A model generated the notes under the pieces. It searched no databases, was not told the origin of the DNA, and saw nothing but the letters and a program-made list of their open reading frames with translations. From positions 1 through 26,592 of the forward strand of contig NZ_MPKA01000106.1 of NCBI RefSeq assembly GCF_001945605.1: a stretch of DNA of 26,592 bases, read 5' to 3'. Positions 22,271-26,592 of the stretch are shown one piece after another (position 1 is the stretch's first letter; the number at the start of each line of letters is the position of its first letter). Source of the DNA: Dubosiella newyorkensis. GTDB taxonomy: Bacteria; Bacillota_I; Bacilli_A; Erysipelotrichales; Erysipelotrichaceae. A program made the translations under genes and the position numbers.

Positions 22271-22996
22271 ATGGAAAGACTACAAAAAGCAATTGCTCAA
22301 GCAGGAATATGCTCTCGCCGAAAAGCGGAAGAGCTCATTCTGGCTGGAAAAGTGAAAGTCAACGGAAAAGTCGTCGATACGCTGGGCACCAAAGTGCGCG
22401 GAAATGACGAAATCGTTGTCAATGGAAAAGAAATCGCGAAAGAATCGAAAGTCTATTATGTTATGTATAAACCGAAAGGCACGATCTGCTCTGTCAAAGA
22501 CGACAAAGACCGGAAAACCGTTCTCGACTACGCGCCAAAAGGAGAAAGGATCTATCCGATCGGCCGTCTAGACTATGATACATCCGGTACATTGTTGTTG
22601 AGCAACGATGGAAACTTCACTAATATGATGATCCATCCTCGCTACCATATCCCAAAGACATATTTAGTCAATTTGCAAGGAATGCTCAGTCAAGACGATC
22701 TCAATCGATTGAAACACGGTTTGAAGACAAAAAACGAAACTTACCAGCCCGCAAAGATCCGCATTCGTCAAAAAGACTATACGCGCGATCGGATGATCTT
22801 TGAAATGACGATCTATGAAGGAAAAAACCATCAAGTCAAAAATATGATGGAGGCCTTAGGGCACAGTGTAAGAAAACTGCATCGGATCTCTTTTGGAACG
22901 ATCAGCGCGGACGATCTAAAGCCAGGGGAATATCGACGCCTCAAACCTGTCGAGATCAAAGAACTCAAACGTCTCGCCTCGGAGGGAGAGCAATGA
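22271..22996 (+). CDS. rluB: 23S rRNA pseudouridine synthase, RluB/RsuA family
   Basis: S4 domain (RLQKAIAQAGICSRRKAEELI) and catalytic motif GRLDYDTSGTLLLSNDG. Synteny after scpAB as in Bacillus. Confidence 0.85.
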   Translation: MERLQKAIAQAGICSRRKAEELILAGKVKVNGKVVDTLGTKVRGNDEIVVNGKEIAKESKVYYVMYKPKGTICSVKDDKDRKTVLDYAPKGERIYPIGRLDYDTSGTLLLSNDGNFTNMMIHPRYHIPKTYLVNLQGMLSQDDLNRLKHGLKTKNETYQPAKIRIRQKDYTRDRMIFEMTIYEGKNHQVKNMMEALGHSVRKLHRISFGTISADDLKPGEYRRLKPVEIKELKRLASEGEQ

Positions 22997-23721
22997 AGCA
23001 AGTCTTCACAGATCTAAAATGCGAACTCGATCAAACGATCCCGCTGGATGAAAAACAAGCACATCACCTTTTTGATGTGTTGCGCACGAAGGAAAACGAA
23101 ACGATCCGCTTGATCTCGAATGGTGAAGTCTATTTAGCCAAACCACAAAAGAAACCGTTTGTTTTCGTGTTCGAGCGCGAACAGATCGAGCCTCGTCTTG
23201 TGGATGTGACTTTATGCACAGCCTTGATCAAATCGGATAAATTTGAATGGATGCTTCAAAAAGCGGCCGAACTTGGCGTCTCTAGGATCGTTCCTTTCGT
23301 CTCGCGGTATTCCATCATTCAACTCGATGACAAAAAAGCCATCAAAAAGATGGATCGCTGGAACGCGATCCTAGAAGCCGCATGCAAACAGTGCAATCGG
23401 AGTGATCTAGTGGAATTGATGCCGATCACGACGATCGACGCCTTGCAAGAATACAAGAGCCGCTGCAACCTAGTCGCCTACGAAAAAGAAAACGAGCCAT
23501 CCAAGCATTTAGCAAACTACTTATCCAAAAATCCAAGCTCCGTGACATGTGTGATCGGTCCTGAAGGCGGATTTTCTAGCGAAGAGATCGATCAACTCAG
23601 TGAACTCGGTTTTGCTCGATGCTCATTAGGAAATCAGATCTTGCGCGCCGAAACCGCAAGCATCTATGTGCTGTGTTGCGTGGAATATCAAACCCATCTA
23701 GAAAACAAGGAGGTGGATTGA
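22993..23721 (+). CDS. rsmE: 16S rRNA (uracil1498-N3)-methyltransferase
   Basis: C-terminal SPOUT motif VIGPEGGFSSEEI...LGNQILRAETA. ATGA overlap with rluB. Confidence 0.85.
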   Translation: MKQVFTDLKCELDQTIPLDEKQAHHLFDVLRTKENETIRLISNGEVYLAKPQKKPFVFVFEREQIEPRLVDVTLCTALIKSDKFEWMLQKAAELGVSRIVPFVSRYSIIQLDDKKAIKKMDRWNAILEAACKQCNRSDLVELMPITTIDALQEYKSRCNLVAYEKENEPSKHLANYLSKNPSSVTCVIGPEGGFSSEEIDQLSELGFARCSLGNQILRAETASIYVLCCVEYQTHLENKEVD

Positions 23722-24992
23722 TGCGCTTTTCGATCATTACTTTAGGCTGCAAGGTCAACGCGTATGAATCTCAATTTTATGCCAAACAATTAAAAGAAGC
23801 TGGCTGGGAAGAAGATAATGAAACATTCGATGTCGTTTTGATCAATTCGTGCGCCGTAACAAATACCGCCGCATCCAAATCAAGACAAATGCTTCATAAA
23901 GCGAAGCGGAACAATCCCAACGCTTATTCTGTGTTGATCGGCTGCTACGCTCAAGTGCTTAGCGAAGAAGAAAAAAAGGCGTTCGATGTGGATCTGATCA
24001 TTGGCGCCAAACATAAAAAAGAAATCGTTGATATCTTGCTCGAACATATGCGATCGAATCAAAAAGACGATCTTTCTGAAGATCTCGCAGAACCGTTTGC
24101 GTTTGAATCGATGCCGATCGATCAATTCGAAAGCAAGCATCGCGCGTTTTTGAAAGTGCAGGATGGATGCAATCAGTTTTGCTCCTACTGCATCATTCCG
24201 TATGCTCGAGGAAGAGAACGATCGCTTTCAAGCCAAGAAGTGATCGCGATCGCGAAAGATCTAGAAGAAAAAGGCCATATCGAAATCGTATTGACAGGGA
24301 TCCATACCGGAAGATATTACGATGAAAAAGAAAAACTAGATCTAGCAGGCTTATTAAAAAAATTGCTGGAAAATACGGGGGAACAAGTCAAATACCGGAT
24401 CTCTTCGATCGAGATCACGGAAGTGAGCGACGAGCTCATCAATCTGATGAAAAAAGAGCCTAGGCTTCTCCACCATCTTCATATTCCGATCCAATCCGGC
24501 TGCGATAGAACGCTCAAACGCATGAATCGCCCATATACGGTGGCTGAATTTGAAGAAAGACTATCGCTTTTGCGCTCGAAGATTCCGGATCTCTCGATTT
24601 CGACCGATGTGATTTGCGGCTTTAAACAAGAAAGCGAAGAAGAGTTTCAAGAGACCTTGAAGACATTGGAGCGACTGAGATTTTCTTTTTTGCATGTCTT
24701 CCCGTACTCGATCCGTAAAGGAACGGCAGCTGAAAAAATGAAAGGCGATGTCCATGGGGCAGTCGTCAAAGAACGAGTCAACGCGCTTTTACGACTCTCG
24801 GATCGGCTGAGAAAAATAGATATGGAGCGTTTCGATACTCTCGAAGTCCTTCTCGAAAGTAAAAAGGGGAATGAAATGCACGGCTATACAAATCAGTATC
24901 ATCCTGTTATTATAAAAAAAGATTCATTACATCAAGGAAGGATCTATACTCCTTATACAACGATCAAAGACAATGTCTATATCGTAGAATAG
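23721..24992 (+). CDS. mtaB: tRNA threonylcarbamoyladenosine methylthiotransferase (MiaB-like radical SAM)
   Basis: N-terminal TLGCKVNAYES, radical-SAM CNQFCSYC, and a TRAM-like C-terminus. Start moved to ATG 23721 (AAGGAGG RBS, TGATG overlap with rsmE). rsmE-mtaB synteny as in Bacillus (yqeU-yqeV). Confidence 0.85.
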   Translation: MRFSIITLGCKVNAYESQFYAKQLKEAGWEEDNETFDVVLINSCAVTNTAASKSRQMLHKAKRNNPNAYSVLIGCYAQVLSEEEKKAFDVDLIIGAKHKKEIVDILLEHMRSNQKDDLSEDLAEPFAFESMPIDQFESKHRAFLKVQDGCNQFCSYCIIPYARGRERSLSSQEVIAIAKDLEEKGHIEIVLTGIHTGRYYDEKEKLDLAGLLKKLLENTGEQVKYRISSIEITEVSDELINLMKKEPRLLHHLHIPIQSGCDRTLKRMNRPYTVAEFEERLSLLRSKIPDLSISTDVICGFKQESEEEFQETLKTLERLRFSFLHVFPYSIRKGTAAEKMKGDVHGAVVKERVNALLRLSDRLRKIDMERFDTLEVLLESKKGNEMHGYTNQYHPVIIKKDSLHQGRIYTPYTTIKDNVYIVE

Positions 24993-25003
24993 AAAGGATC
25001 GAA

Positions 25004-26446
25004 ATGCGATTAAGTAAACTTTTTAAAAATGCTCCGACAGTCAACGTCAGCGGTCTATGTTTTGATTCAAGAAAAGTCAAACCGGACAATGTGTATTTTT
25101 GTCTGCCTGGACTTACATTCGATGGGCACGATTTTATCGATGACGCGATCAAAAATGGAGCGATCTGCATCGTTCATTCCCGAGAGATCGAAAAGAAACA
25201 AAACGGCGTGATCTATATCAAGGTCAGTGATGTCAACGCGGCGATGAACCAGTGCGCGCGCCTGTTCTATGGCCGGCCTAGCGATAAAATGACGATGTTT
25301 GGGATCACGGGAACCAATGGGAAGAGCACGATCGCTAATATTATCCGTTCCATCATGAATGAAGTTGAACCTTGTGGCTATATTGGAACGATCGCGATCG
25401 AATATGGAGACGTAAAACTCATGCCCGATCTAACTACACCGGATGCGCTTTTTTTGCAGTCGAAGCTTGCGGATATGGTCAATGCGGGAATGAAAGCGTG
25501 CGCTTTGGAAGTCAGCTCGCATGGACTCTCGCAAGGAAGAGTGGACGGGATCAATTTTAATGTCGCAGTCTTTACGAATTTTACATATGACCATTTGGAT
25601 TTCCATGGAACATTAGAAAACTATTTTGATGCCAAGTGTATCTTATTCAAAGATCGGGTCCGTAGCGATGGGGTCTCGATCTTAAATATCGATGACAAAA
25701 AGTTTGAGGCGCTCAAATCGATCTCGAAGGCGCCCGTCATTTCGTATGGGATCGATCATGAAGCCGATTATCGAGCCATCAATATTCAAATGGACAGCAA
25801 TTCGACGCATTTTGATCTAGTCTATCAAGGCAAAGCGTATTCTGTCATGACAAATTTGGTCGCGACCTACAATATCTACAATTTATTGGCCGCGATCGCT
25901 GCTTTGCACGAAAGCGGCGTTTCGATGGATACGATCTTGAGCGCTTGTTCTCATTTGCCGCAAGTCGAAGGACGGCTTGAACAGATCAAAGAAGGACAAA
26001 GCTTCAATGTGATCGTCGATTTCGCACACACACCTGATGGCATGGAGAAGATGATGCAGTTTGGCCGAATGATCACACCAGATAACTCCGATTTGATCGC
26101 CGTGTTCGGTTCTGCGGGAAAGCGGGATGTAGCCAAACGAAAAGTCTTTGGCGAGCTCGCGGATATATATTGCGACTATGTTATTTTAACGGAAGACGAT
26201 CCTCGCGACGAAGATCCCAAAGAGATCGCGGATATGATCAAAGAGGGAATCAAGAATACAGCCAACATCTATATCGAAGATCGTTACGAGGCAATACGGC
26301 AGGCTATTGAAAATGCCAAAGAAAACGATACGATCTTATTGCTTGGCAAAGGAGACGAAGCATTTATTTACCGGGAAGAAGGAAGAGCCCCTTGGATCGG
26401 CGATGATAAAGCGGCTCGCGAATGTATTCAAAAATACCGCAAGTAA
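25004..26446 (+). CDS. murE: UDP-N-acetylmuramoyl-L-alanyl-D-glutamate--diamino-acid ligase
   Basis: Mur ligase P-loop GITGTNGKST. C-terminal DDPR (variant of DNPR). 480 aa. Confidence 0.9.
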   Translation: MRLSKLFKNAPTVNVSGLCFDSRKVKPDNVYFCLPGLTFDGHDFIDDAIKNGAICIVHSREIEKKQNGVIYIKVSDVNAAMNQCARLFYGRPSDKMTMFGITGTNGKSTIANIIRSIMNEVEPCGYIGTIAIEYGDVKLMPDLTTPDALFLQSKLADMVNAGMKACALEVSSHGLSQGRVDGINFNVAVFTNFTYDHLDFHGTLENYFDAKCILFKDRVRSDGVSILNIDDKKFEALKSISKAPVISYGIDHEADYRAINIQMDSNSTHFDLVYQGKAYSVMTNLVATYNIYNLLAAIAALHESGVSMDTILSACSHLPQVEGRLEQIKEGQSFNVIVDFAHTPDGMEKMMQFGRMITPDNSDLIAVFGSAGKRDVAKRKVFGELADIYCDYVILTEDDPRDEDPKEIADMIKEGIKNTANIYIEDRYEAIRQAIENAKENDTILLLGKGDEAFIYREEGRAPWIGDDKAARECIQKYRK

Positions 26447-26492
26447 TGGCTTGCATTCTTAAAAACCCATCTTTTACAGTTTTAACAGTGCG

Positions 26493-26545
26493 AAAGGCGC
26501 CTATCTCCTTTATTTAAAGGGTTTAGACGCCTTTTCTTTCTTTTA
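26493..26545 (+). terminator. Probable murE terminator (compound hairpin plus T-rich tail)
   Basis: Outer stem AAAGGCG (26493-26499) with CGCCTTT (26528-26534). Inner hairpin CCTTT-ATTT-AAAGG. Followed by TTTTCTTTCTTTT. The loop is long, so confidence is moderate. Confidence 0.45.
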
Positions 26546-26592
26546 TGAATTTCGCCACATTTTTCCCGTTGGCATTTTTGACGATTTTGTTC
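26523..26592 (-). CDS. Possible 3' end of an unidentified convergent CDS entering from the right edge (...NKIVKNANGKNVAKFIKERKGV*)
   Basis: 22 open codons on the minus strand ending at TAA (26525..26523), inside the shared hairpin. Too short to verify. Confidence 0.25.
   Translation of the reverse strand, partial: NKIVKNANGKNVAKFIKERKGV

Noticed and set aside
23619-23720. ORF-track N-terminal extensions: mtaB from 23619, crt from 13042, aldolase from 15469, amidohydrolase to 9011, DUF4097 protein to 2385, Nudix to 20112
   Set aside because: In each case an internal ATG has a proper SD at 6-10 nt and gives the family-typical N-terminus. The extended start overlaps the upstream gene, a terminator T-run or the predicted promoter.
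1-26592. Search for CRISPR arrays, IS/transposon ends, integrases, prophage or toxin-antitoxin pairs
   Set aside because: By eye I found no spaced direct-repeat array, no long terminal inverted repeats and no transposase-, recombinase- or phage-like ORFs. The only tandem repeat is the 15-bp x2 element at 2705-2734.

Overview
This 26.6-kb chromosomal segment reads like a low-GC, anaerobic, butyrate-forming Firmicutes/Bacillota genome. The taxon is an inference from gene content and from Bacillus-like synteny (scpA-scpB-rluB and rsmE-mtaB). I support 28 complete CDS plus two short edge fragments. By eye I found no rRNA, tRNA, CRISPR array, transposase, integrase or phage genes. From left to right the blocks are: (i) azlCD, a branched-chain amino-acid transporter pair. 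(ii) A ~5-kb envelope-stress-type island bracketed by bidirectional terminators. It holds PadR with a transmembrane-less DUF1700/DUF4097 partner, divergent from an OmpR-type response regulator, a BcrA-like ABC ATPase, an ABC-2 permease and a single-TM histidine kinase. (iii) A complete acetyl-CoA-to-butyrate locus (thl; bcd-etfB-etfA-hbd; crt plus a CoA-transferase). Its divergent promoter region carries a perfect Rex-type operator, TTGTTAAAGAATTAACAA, and an uncharacterised amidohydrolase is wired into the same control region. (iv) A threonine-aldolase-like PLP enzyme. (v) A translationally coupled four-gene operon (Nudix hydrolase, ATP-grasp ligase, alpha/beta esterase, metallophosphoesterase) that I cannot assign to any described pathway. 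This is my best candidate for an undescribed system. (vi) Housekeeping genes (Amidase_3, scpAB, rluB, rsmE, mtaB, murE). A window-wide compositional oddity is a roughly 3-4-fold excess of GATC, often as CGATCG, in both coding and non-coding DNA. All functional calls rest on motif recognition by eye; no database search or computation was run.
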